Notes under the pieces: model-generated
What the model was told of the DNA's origin: nothing
Databases searched by the model: none
Seen by the model: only the letters and a program-made list of their open reading frames with translations
Program-made: the position numbers and the translations under genes
In this document: positions 8,082 to 18,306 of the stretch, piece after piece
How positions within the stretch are numbered: position 1 is the first letter of the stretch
Layout of the letters: the number at the start of each line of letters is the position of its first letter
NCBI RefSeq assembly: GCF_000143415.4
Contig: NW_003314389.1
Coordinates: 406,848 to 427,373, forward strand
Source: Selaginella moellendorffii
Taxonomy: Eukaryota; Plantae; Lycopodiophyta
Direction: 5' to 3'
DNA: 20,526 nt

Positions 8082-11000
8082 GATGAGTCTCAGCGAGTAC
8101 TATTCAATGAGATTGGGCAACTAGTCTCGTTGCATATGCAAAGATGAAAACGATGATCCGAGTGGGTACACGTTTTGGTGCAAAGACTTCGCAATCGTTC
8201 CTTGGGTATGGATTTGGTTACCTTCTTGTACCGTAATTATGTGAGCTTGCGCTTGGGCTCACAGGGTGGTTTGGAGATGTTCCGTTTGCACGAGTTTGAG
8301 CTTGAGTTCGTGAGTGAGGCACATTAGCAACTCGAGGTTACACTTTGAGTTGGCAGGATTAATGTTAGCCTATCGTTGGTTCTGTGAGTTGTTCCATGTA
8401 CCATGGGTGAAAGTAAACTTTCCCTGGGTTTGCTATGAGTGGCAAATAGGCTGGTCAGCTGTTTAGCACGGCACTAGTGAATCCTTCCTAGGCATGATTA
8501 TAAGTGGATCAATCAAGACTACAGGGATTAGTCTATTGGTTCAAGTAGTCATGGCCGTGCTTTCTCATAAACTTTTCTTTGGTTGAACTGAAGGCAGTGC
8601 GAAAGCAAGCTTGAGGTTTGGTCAAAAGATGAGACCGAAAAGAGAGTCATCGGGGACGGAGGATCAAATACGTAAATCATTTTCTCTTCTTGGAGAGATG
8701 ATCTGCAACGAGGTGTTAACTCATTACTTGTGTTCACATCATGCAATCAAGAGTCTCTATCTTGATGCATGTTGGAAGTGATGGTCTTACAAATGGTGAG
8801 TTGTGGAATGGATAGCGGTGAAACGTTATACCATTTTGTCTAGGCTTGCTATAGAAGACTGGGGTTGCAATGCTCAATTCTTTTCCGGGGAACCTTGTTA
8901 TTGCTCCTTGTGTAGCTTAGTGTTGGATTAGTTTTGAGATTGGTCGGAAAGAGAGTGGCATGAGCTTGTCTGTGTTGTGAACAAAAGTTAGTGGTGTTGG
9001 GTGTCGTAAACCTCTATTGGTGAAGTGTGGCATTTATGTTGCATTTTGTCGAATCGAGTTAGCACTTGATATTCACATAAACCTTTGTAGTAGTGACATA
9101 GGCATTGCTCATAGTGTTGCTTGATTGATGATCAAGTCATTGTGATTTATATCATATCCATGTGATAGTGAGCAATGTGTTTACGAAGTTGCTTGGATAA
9201 ACGATGATCAACCCTCAAAGTGGTTGATGGAGAAGCTAGTCTACTTGCACGAAGTAGCATTGTAATAGCTTTGACTGGATTCTCAATAGTGGTCCATTAT
9301 GCTAAGCTTAAGTTGGTACCTTGTTTCCTTGAGGGTTTGCCCATAAGGTGTTGGGAATGGGTTGTAGCATTCATTTGTTATAGCTCATCTGTTGATCCGT
9401 TAGCACTTGGAGTAGATTATTGGATGGAGAAGGTGTGAGGTTGACGCATTGACATTGCTAGCACTTGTGTTAGTGGAAGTGGCATTGTTATTTCGAGTGA
9501 TGAGGAAGTTTTCCTTGGACCTTGATTTTCTATGTCATTTTTCTTGTTAGTGTTTTGGCTTCACATTGGATCTTGAAGGTGATTGAAGAAGAGTGTTAGT
9601 GCAATGTGGATATCTGAAGATGTGGTCTTTGTGAGCAAGCCTTGGATGTTCATTTTGCACTTTGCGGATGTCGGTGTTGAATATCGGTTAGATGGGTAAA
9701 GATGTTCGATGCTTAAGCATGCTATGGATCATAAGAATCTGCGTTGAGGTGAACCTATGTGAAGTTGTTTGTAGGAGGAAGTTGGTTGAGTCTTGAAAGT
9801 TTGCAATCCTGGACTAAGAGTCATTCTTTCTCTAGGATGGAAATTTTCCACAAATTTTCTTAGACTTCCCCAATGGCTGATCTGTTGATCACTTTGCCGA
9901 AAACCATTCCATTTTTCGTAAGCCAGTACAAACTAGTGAAGGGGTTCGAGTTAACCTTGGTTAACTTAGACCTTAGTATATAGTTTGTATGATGCGACTC
10001 GAAAGGGATGCTGACTTTTGGGGCTAAAGCAATTGAGTTGGATAGAGTTTGGAGTTAGTGTAGAAAAGTGGCCGTTGCACTTTTCTAAGAAGGGTGACTC
10101 TTGTGCCTTTCTTTTGTAGCATTATGCTCGGTGGCAGGTTGCACCTTGCATTTCGCTAAGACTCTATGAGAGTAGTGAGCTCTCACTGATCTTGACTTAG
10201 TCTTGGTAGCCCTGCACCTTGGCTGAGGATGGTGATGTCCAACTTAGTTGTTTGAGGTTGAGATGTTGGTACCCATACTATAGCTTTGTCTATGAGGAGG
10301 TTGTGTACCGATATGAGTCCATCTCATGGTCTTCACTTTAGTTTCGACTGAGTGTTGATCATGCATAGCTAGCCTCTTCAAGGCATGCTTAGAGCTATTG
10401 ACTAGACGTGTTGGTGAGCTTATTATGGTTGAGTTGGATTCGAGTGGTCATTTAGTTTGTGCTTGTCTATGAACTTTTATCTCGTACCTAGGGTATCACG
10501 TTCATATTGGGCAAGTATATAACTTGATGACAAGAGTTGGTGTTTGAGTCTTGTGAACGCAAGTTGAGGAGTGATTGTTAGTTGCTTTGCGACTAGTGAT
10601 TACTTGTAAACTTCATCAAGGACGTTGACACTTGCTTTGCTCGATGATGATTTAGCAGTGGTGGGCTTGCTTTACCGGATGGTGTTGCGGAGGATCGTGT
10701 CATTAGGCTAACATGGTTTTTTCATGTTGGTATGTCAATTCCTTTGTCGATATCATTTGGTTACATTTGGTCTATAATGTTGGATTTCATTGAGTCTTGG
10801 ACGTGGTGATTCACTCCTTGAGGAGGTGTTATCCGTGATTGAGTATTGTTGAGAAATTGGTCTTGGATACTGAGTATAGTATCTTTGACTTTGGTTAGCT
10901 TGGTTGCTGGAAAGCTCCGAGTGGTGATTCACTCTTGCTTTCTTCTAGCTTTGTCCTGGTGTTGATGGCATTGAAGTGATGCCTTGTCGTTGACATTATT

Positions 11001-13045
11001 GAGGTTGAGATTCAAAGTGAAATGAGATGTCTCTCCTTAGGATTGATATTGAGTTTCATTATTCTTAATGAAGATAGTGTTGATGATTTGGCTATAGCTT
11101 TGCGTTGTTAGCATTCATGCATTTGCTAGTTAGCAATTGTATTGACGTTCAATGAACTGAGTGACAAGTTTGAGTTAGTTGTGTTCTAAACAAAGTTGTT
11201 TAGTAGAGGTTGAGCTTTGAGCTTTTCCTTGAAAAGTGATTTAGTCGTGGACAATACTACCTCTATGAGAAGAAGAGTTAGTGATTGGTATTGAAGTGAT
11301 TGAATCCTGCCCAAACGTCAAAGATCAATATATAGACTATATCAAAGTCATAGACAATGATATCGTAGAGATTTAATTATCAGTGAATAAAGCTTAGATT
11401 AGAACACAAAAGTATTCCAAGTAAGATATCATCCGATAAACCAGTAGTTGATTATAGGAACCACCAAGATCACTAATATTGGAAAACATAGGATTCACCA
11501 TCCAACAAAATTCAATAGCAAGTATAGCACCAAGGAAACTCAATGATGAAACTTAACTACCGAAGATGGTAGATAGTATGCCAAACAACTCACAAAACAC
11601 AACTCAAAGAACACAAAGTATCATTGACTAACAAGCACAATGCTCGCGAATGTATCACCCGAAGGAAATAACATCCTAATCTATGAAAACTAACTCGAGC
11701 AATAATCAATAGAACAAAATGAATGTTGCAAAGCAAACAAATGCTTGTTCATATCAACCATTGCACTAGCCAATCCGGATAGATCCCAGCCAATAACACC
11801 AAGGAACTCAAGTTGCCTAAGCAAGTGTTAGTAACATCCTACTGATGTCTCAAACCCAAGAGACCAATCCAGAGCAAACCACATGAACATATATATATTT
11901 TGGTATTGCGAAAAGCCAAAAGCCATCAAAGAGAACAACCAACTATCATGAAAGATCGTCAATTAGCCCATCAATAAAGAGATGCAAAATCATCGTTGAA
12001 GAAAGAATCTACCATCCCGAAAGACAGCAACTTAGTTTATATCAACAACAATAATCAAGCAAAACTCTTGACAAGGATAATCAATTATCCCAGATGATAG
12101 TCAATCATCACCAATGATTGCTAGATGCAAATACTAACTTCAACATCGAAGCAGGAGTTAAAATGCCTTCCCCAACAACTTCTAACAAATGGAACAATGA
12201 GCACAAAACTCAAGAAACCAAAAGAAGCCGATAGCCAAGTCTTGCCTAATAATGATCACGAGTCTCATAAAAGCTAACGTCAATGCTAAAGAAGAAATCA
12301 TGGTACAACCCACAATATCTTCCTTAACACACCCATAAGCTAAACTTCATAATGCCAAAGCTAATGAAGAGCATGTCTGTATCAATCCAAAAGCCAAGCG
12401 TAACGAAGTTATGCTCAACAAGTGATCATTTAATCGATCCTCTATGAATCCATCTACAGCAAGATGTAACTCACATCATAACAAGTACAAGGTGAATCAT
12501 CAATGATCAATATATCCCAATTGAAATCCAACACAGTAATAGGCAGACTGGCTTCGGCACTTCATGTGCATGTTGAAATCTCTAGTCATGGGGTAGCTAC
12601 TGTCGACTGGTCACATAACCCGCCTCTTTGTCGATGTTCCTTCTTCCGTTGAAAGGGCGTGACCGTGTAAACAACTCTAAACTGCCTGTTTACAGTAGTC
12701 TATCTAAACCTTACCGACGGGTTTGGTTTCTTTGCTTAGGAGGGTTGGGGCCTCTGGCTTCTCTCTCTATGTTCCTGCGGGCAGGGGCATATCACACTTT
12801 TGTAAGCTGGGTGACTCCCAGAGCAGCAAGGGTGGCTAATTCCGTTGGTCATTTCCTTGTCGGCGACGGCCGGAAGGTGTCTGAGCTGGTAGCGCATCTG
12901 CGTTAGACAAAGAGGTTGCCTCCTAACTCATTTAAGTTGGTGCATTTCTCATATAGTGTGAGTACCGTGAACTTTTTTTCTGGAGTTGTTTCTTTGGCGG
13001 TATTCTAGACTCGAGTGTGTATCGACGAGGACGTCGATCTTCCCT

Positions 13046-13057
13046 AGGGGGGGAGAG
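13046..13057 (+). promoter_or_regulatory. LARD polypurine tract
   Basis: AGGGGGGGAGAG directly abuts the 3' LTR TG. Confidence 0.92.
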
Positions 13058-14207
13058 TGTTGCGAATGTGACTTCAGGTATCGAAAGTTACCTGTCGGCC
13101 AGTCCTTACGGACACTCTTACCTTACTGCCACGATGGCAGGAGGTCGGTATTGCTGGACCTTTTATTAGTCCCTCTTGTTCAAGTGTTAGTAAACTGGAC
13201 TTTGCATCTGTACTTGGCCGGATGAGCATAAGGAAGGAATTCCTAAGTGTCTATTTAGCTGAGCATACTCGGCCTGGCTTGTTAGTTCTCTTTTGCTTTG
13301 TCTTGCACTGGCTTGACAAGAACCCTCGCGTATTGAGATTGGTCCCTCAATATCGCTACATGATAGCTTACCGTGTCTGCCAAACACCCTCGCTATCATG
13401 CCCTTTGTGTTAGTCTCATTTCAGTCCCAAATGCTATTTATGGAAAGTGTCTAGATTCGCTCATTTGGCATATCTACGGAATGTAGAGGTCGGCCTGAAC
13501 ACAATGGTGTTCGTCCCGTGTCCAAATTCGCAATCTAAGGACATTCCATATTTAGTAAGTTTCAAGCTTGTTCCAGAGACTAACTCCTGATACTAAGGGA
13601 GGATTAGGGTGAAAGCCCAAAGCGTGTGTTCCTCAAGGGGGGGGGGGGGGCTATGGGGGGTTCCAAATGTATAGTAGGGATAGTGGGTAGGTCGGGCATG
13701 GCCGACCAACCTGAGGCATAGTCTAGCTCCCGCTTGCGTGCCTGTCCTTGTTCTGCGTCCGGCTTGGGTCTAAGCCCAAGTTCCATTCCATGCTAGTTGG
13801 TGGAGTACCCATATCCTTGTGTTAGGCCACCGGTATGCCGAAATAGCGCCAAACTCCGTTTGGCTCCGTTTTGCGTGCTAGTCCTGGCATTGGGATGCTG
13901 GTTGCTCCAGGACTGTTCCAAGTCGCTCCGGGCCCCTGTCCCTTCACTCTTTGGGCTATATGCTCGGGAGTTGCTCCGTGGTCCGGTTCCATCACTCCTT
14001 GGCGTCACGCTTGGGAGTTTGGCACCGTTCCTTCGTTCAGTGGCCCAAGGCCCTGAACCTCGGGTTCCTATGGACACGTGGCACGGACACGTGGTATGTG
14101 ACACGTGGCATCTGTCACGTGGCACAAAGAGGGTTTAGGTTCCGCTTCGTGGTGTTATCCTATGGTAAATCACCATAGGATAAAGGGTCAAAACCACGTG
14201 CGCTACA
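13058..14207 (+). repeat. LARD 3' LTR (1150 bp)
   Basis: Near-identical direct repeat of 6912-8068. Confidence 0.97.
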
Positions 14208-14212
14208 ATGGG

Positions 14213-14711
14213 ACCTTCTCCGACTTAGTAACTACAATGCTCGAAAATAATCCTTCATATCATAAAACCAATCCTCCACCACCTTATAGTCATTCACTCC
14301 CTTGAAGACTGGTGGGGGCTTTGGTTTGTACTTAGGAATTGCTTGAGGGATTGATTCCACTTGGGTTTATTTGACCTTGTTTGGTTTTGCCTTAGTCCCC
14401 ACCAAAGGGTCCATGCCTTCTGTATTACCAACATTTGCAGTCTTTCACTTTTTCTTCTGCTTCTCATAATGCTTTAGCTTGCGTATGAGAGTCTCTAACA
14501 GGGCATTGGTCTATGCCAATTGTCTTTCTAGAACGTCCAATCGAACTTTGGAAGACCGAACCTCACCACCGGACTCCTATTTGGAAGTTTCCTCACTGGA
14601 GTCCTCCTCATGCAAGGATTCCTCATCCATAGTTTCTTGTTCGACCGGAGGCTCCAGCTTTGGAGGAGGTTCCATCTCTGCCTTGGTTCTTTTACACTTT
14701 GCCTTTGCCAT
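14213..14711 (-). pseudogene. gag: Gypsy gag, element C, 5' piece
   Basis: MAKAKCKRTKAEMEPPPKLEPP...(stops, frameshifts)...PKYKPKPPPVFKGVNDYKVVEDWFYDMKDYF. Homologous to the element A gag. The ATG lies 30 nt downstream of a PBS. Confidence 0.85.
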
Positions 14712-14740
14712 GTCCCAGTAATCCACCTCTATGAGGAAAA

Positions 14741-14753
14741 GGCCCTGATACCA
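14741..14753 (-). promoter_or_regulatory. Primer-binding site of element C (initiator tRNA-Met)
   Basis: Minus strand reads ...GACA-ATT-TGGTATCAGGGCC. Confidence 0.85.
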
Positions 14754-14756
14754 AAT

Positions 14757-16121
14757 TGTCTATCCGACCACCACAGTCTTGGCCTTAGTTAAGTTCCCTT
14801 GCTAAGGTTCTTGCCTATTGTACCAGCTCCTACTTGGTCTTACTTGGTTTTAGCAACTCACTGCATAAGCAATAGAGTGTTAGCTATCCATCCACGGATT
14901 CACAAACTCTCTCCCAATCCCCCTCTCTGGGTAGACTGGACTTAAGGTTCAGCTACACTCTCCGCAGGCACAAGCAGTTAAACACACCAAGTCTTCAGAT
15001 TCCTAACATCCCTTGGTATAACAAGTCTTGATCATGGGACCCTCTAAATCCCAAGCCTTGAGTGCCACACTTGCTTTGGGACACTGGGGGGAAACACTAT
15101 GGCCTAATGGCTGGGTATGTGTACCTCTACTAACCCATTTCCATCCCAAAGGGAAGGCCTAAGCCCCTAAGAAGGGTGAGGACCAATGAGCTGCAAGGTA
15201 CTTAAGTGGGGCACCACTCCACATGAGCTGAGAGCACTGCAGTTGATTTCCCTTCTGGGAGTGGGAGCTACTTTTGAGCACTTCCTTGGGTGGCCCCTTC
15301 GGCACTACCCAAGTCCATGCTCATTCCCACCCAAGGCCTCTTGGCCCCAGTCTCAACCTCAAGTCAGTTTGGAAGCACCACTCGAACTTGGTCTTAGACC
15401 CGATCTTAAATCTTGGACTTGATCTTGATCTCAGTCTCAGACTTGGTCTCAAAATCAGTCTCAAACTCGGTTTAGGACTTGATCTCAGACTCGGTCTTGA
15501 ACTCAGTCTCAAAATTAGTCTTGGACTCGATCTCGGACTCGGTCTCATCTGATGAACTCTTTATCATTTTGGTCATGCTTTCAAAGATCCTTTAGCTTTT
15601 GACACCTCGGGGAGTTGGTTCCTTATAGACTCCTTTTCGGACTTCATCTTGGACTTTATATCAGACTCCTTCTCAGATTCCATCTTGGACTTCATCTCAG
15701 ATTGCTTCTCTGAATCCATCTTGGATTCCTTCTCGAACTCCATCTCGGACTCCATTTTAGACTTCTTTTTGGACTCCATCTCGGACTCTTTCTTGGACTC
15801 TATCTTGGATTCCTTTTCGGTTTCCTCTTCAGACTCCATCTCGGACTCCACCTTGGACTCCATCTCAGACTTGGACCCAACATTTCCATGTGTCATGACA
15901 CTTGCAATGTGTCAGTCCTTCTTGTCTCCCTTTCTAAAGAATCATTGACCAATCACTTCATGCTCATTCCTTGAGCACTTCATTTAGAGCACTTCCACTC
16001 TTGCCTTTATGGGTTAGAGCTTTTGGTCCTAATGTGTTACACTTGTTAGACTTTTGTTTTGACCATTGCTATATGGCACACTTTTGGCTTCACTTTAGGG
16101 TTTAAGGATTTTAATCTTACA
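14757..16121 (-). mobile_element. Probable 5' LTR of element C (family-B related)
   Basis: Minus strand runs TGTAAG...GACA and is followed by the PBS. 15870-16121 is collinear with 5355-5628. The PBS-proximal half does not match 4013-4950, so a composite origin is possible. Confidence 0.68.
15380..15872. repeat. 6-bp (15380-15547) and 12-bp GACTCCATCT(T/C)G (15625-15872) tandem arrays
   Basis: Clear periodicity, with the same units as 4977-5360. Confidence 0.92.
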
Positions 16122-17028
16122 ACTCCACCACCTATAGACAAAGTTTGATGTCATCAAACAATAAACCATTTTATAAAGTAACCCTATCATGGATTACAAT
16201 TTTCATCCTTACCACCAAGCCAATATTTGTTGGTCATTTGACATCAAAGGCTCATGATGCCTTGCCCATCCTTTAATGAGTCTAATCTCTCCATCTTAAA
16301 GACTTATAAGATCACTTTTCTCAGTTCTCTTCCTTTGTTTGTTTAGCTCTTGTTAAACCTATTAGAGACACCTTCTTTATTTCAATTTTACTACTCATTC
16401 TAGAGTAGTTTTAGTTTGTATCAACATAACCATCATATTTTCAGAACTTTGATATTGATTTCTCAAGTCACTTTCCTCAGTGTTTCCAACACCTTGTATT
16501 GCACATGTTGTGCAAACTCTACTTCCCCATTCTAAGAAGTTATTCATTTTAAGGGATCATCATCCTATGCCTTTCTAGGCACTAAGTTCTATTTATTCAT
16601 GATTTATGCTAGGGCTATTTATGGCCCTATTATTTGGCTACCTCACCGCTCTATCTTTTAGAATGTTAACCTTTGCCATACTAAACCATTTGGGAAATCC
16701 ATCATTGGAAATATATTTCCTTTCCTATAATCCGTTAGCATCCGCCATATGATGGTTTGTTGTTTAACTTATAATTTATATTCCTTCTAATAATTTCCAA
16801 GGCCCCTTCTTAGCCACTAATCTTTATCTTTTATCCTTTTTGTTTTGCACCAAACAATATAGGATCATTACCTCCATCCTTGAGGTATGCCTTTTGTTCC
16901 ATAGTAAAGGCTCTTGCTTTGCTAAGTTAAAGGGTGTTCATCTTTAGTAAATCTCTTTAGCATTTTTTGTTGTATGCTCTATCCTCAACCCAATTTTGGC
17001 AACCCTCCTATAAGCCTTTAATTAGAGA

Positions 17029-17635
17029 CTAGCAGGGAATCCAGCTCCGCTGGGATAGATAGGACATCTGTTACATTGGTGACATGAATCCTAGAGAATT
17101 TCTTTGTACACAATGTTTTTCGTATAGACATTATGGTTCTGGAGCACACCTTGTCCTTCACATTGTTCGATAGACATTGTAATTTGTTTCTTTGATGTTC
17201 CTCTTGAAAGTGCAACATAAAGTTGACCATGGCCAAAAACAGGTCTTGGCAAGTAGATACCCACATTCTGTAATGTTTGTCCCTGAGATTTGCAAATTGT
17301 TATGGAGAACGCAAGCCTTATTGGGAATTGTCGTCGTTTGAGGATAAATGGCATGTCTCCTTCAGTTGGTTTTAAAGAGATTCTTGGTAGGAGGACTTTT
17401 TTTCCTTGCATACCATTATGTAGAATCTCAGCTTCTATAACATTTGGTAGTGCCTTGGTTATAATTAGTTTAGTGCCATTACAGAGGCCTTTTTTAGTGT
17501 CAATGTTGTGTAACAACATTACAATACATCCGATTTTTACCTGTAGCTTGTGTGGAGGCATTCCAGATGGTGTTACTGAGTTTAAAAATTCTACAGGATA
17601 GTCCAACATCTCTTCTTCCGAATCTGTTTCTTAAA
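17029..17635 (-). mobile_element. Helitron 3' portion (5' end not located; may extend over the PgiC fragment and beyond the gap)
   Basis: On the minus strand the helicase stop is followed by a GC-rich hairpin (CCAGC-GGA-GCTGG, 17041-17053), then CTAG (17029-17032) and T. This is the canonical Helitron 3' terminus. Confidence 0.85.
17091..17609 (-). CDS. C-terminal fragment of a Helitron Pif1-family (SF1B) helicase; open frame but 5'-truncated
   Basis: YPVEFLNS..PSGMPPHKL, GLCNGTKL, RRQFPIRLAFSITICKSQGQTL, VFGHGQLYVALSR and terminal TKNIVYKEIL are hallmark Helitron helicase motifs. No Walker A/B or Rep domain is present upstream. Confidence 0.93.
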   Translation of the reverse strand: MLDYPVEFLNSVTPSGMPPHKLQVKIGCIVMLLHNIDTKKGLCNGTKLIITKALPNVIEAEILHNGMQGKKVLLPRISLKPTEGDMPFILKRRQFPIRLAFSITICKSQGQTLQNVGIYLPRPVFGHGQLYVALSRGTSKKQITMSIEQCEGQGVLQNHNVYTKNIVYKEIL

Positions 17636-17715
17636 TCATTTTCCTTCATTACATTTGGCAATAAGATATTATTCAGCAAGCCAGGTTGTGCTGCAGCACG
17701 GGTTGCATGTGTTCT

Positions 17716-18113
17716 TTACCCATGATGTACCTGCAAAGCTCAAGAGCTCACTCATTATCAAAAAGTTATGAAGTCATGCTCTGTCCAAGTTCTCTCACCT
17801 TTAAATAACTGTTGAGCAGCATTGTGAACTCTGATTAGATCATTCTATGGGCTTTCGTTTGTTTGTGAAGCATTCATCTGTATGCAAACTCGGGGCGCAA
17901 GCACCTGAAAAGATTGGATTTTCAATTAGTTTCAGATAATGGAAAGCCAAGTTTACATTGCCGAGTTCACACCCCATTATCGAAGGAGTTGATTCCCCAG
18001 ATAAATCCCTGCACCACGACCCAGTGCTCATACAAAGCTAGAAGCTGGTCAACTGTACATGACTTTAGAGTTGGTAGCAACATGCTCAAGACTGGACGAT
18101 TGCTGGTGAATTC
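17716..18113 (-). pseudogene. PgiC: 3' fragment of cytosolic glucose-6-phosphate isomerase with two GT-AG introns and frameshifts
   Basis: Exon 18113-17957: [44 protein letters not shown][fs]WG[fs]ELGN, matching the PGI signature FDQWGVELGK. Intron 17956-17905. Exon 17904-17799: VLAPRVCIQMNASQT...MLLNSYLK. Intron 17798-17731. Terminal VHHG*. Confidence 0.9.
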
Positions 18114-18306
18114 TTACAGACTTTCATCTAACATGCTAGATAACCATAGAGCAGCAAGGAAAGAACATTCAAGAAGCCTTTCAAGATCCTACTCTTTATT
18201 TTGTAGGAAATTCAGCACTTGGCTCTCCGAATTTGCAGCATGCCGGGACTGCATTGCAATGTGTTGGGATTTCTCCTATCCAAGATGTGTGCAAGTATGC
18301 ACAGAT

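Larger units (their letters stand above)
6912..14207 (+). mobile_element. Structurally complete non-autonomous LTR retroelement (LARD-like), 7296 bp
   Basis: LTRs at 6912-8068 and 13058-14207 (TG...CA). Perfect TSD ATGGG (6907-6911, 14208-14212). PBS 8071-8081, PPT 13046-13057. The ~5-kb interior has no ORF over 100 aa in the track. Confidence 0.96.

Noticed and set aside
9838-9945. Short compositionally different island in the LARD interior as an insertion
   Set aside because: No TSD, terminal repeat or recognisable homology.
15549-15600. CTGATGA as a hammerhead ribozyme core (also CGGATGAG near 7073)
   Set aside because: No stem II followed by GAAA, and the homologous copy at ~3760 does not conserve CTGATGA.
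15625-15872. Periodic repeats as a CRISPR array
   Set aside because: No unique spacers, no cas genes, and a eukaryotic LTR context.
15573-15948. ESKM/LDSI-repeat ORFs (also 3760-3967, 4957-5569, 15274-15552) as proteins
   Set aside because: By-products of 6/12-bp tandem repeats in LTRs, open on both strands.
16122-17028. Strand-skewed region as a LINE or gene remnant
   Set aside because: No motif could be recognised in any frame, so it is left unannotated.
17290-17601. 103-aa + strand ORF, and 17018..17266
   Set aside because: Antisense and alternate-frame shadows of the helicase.
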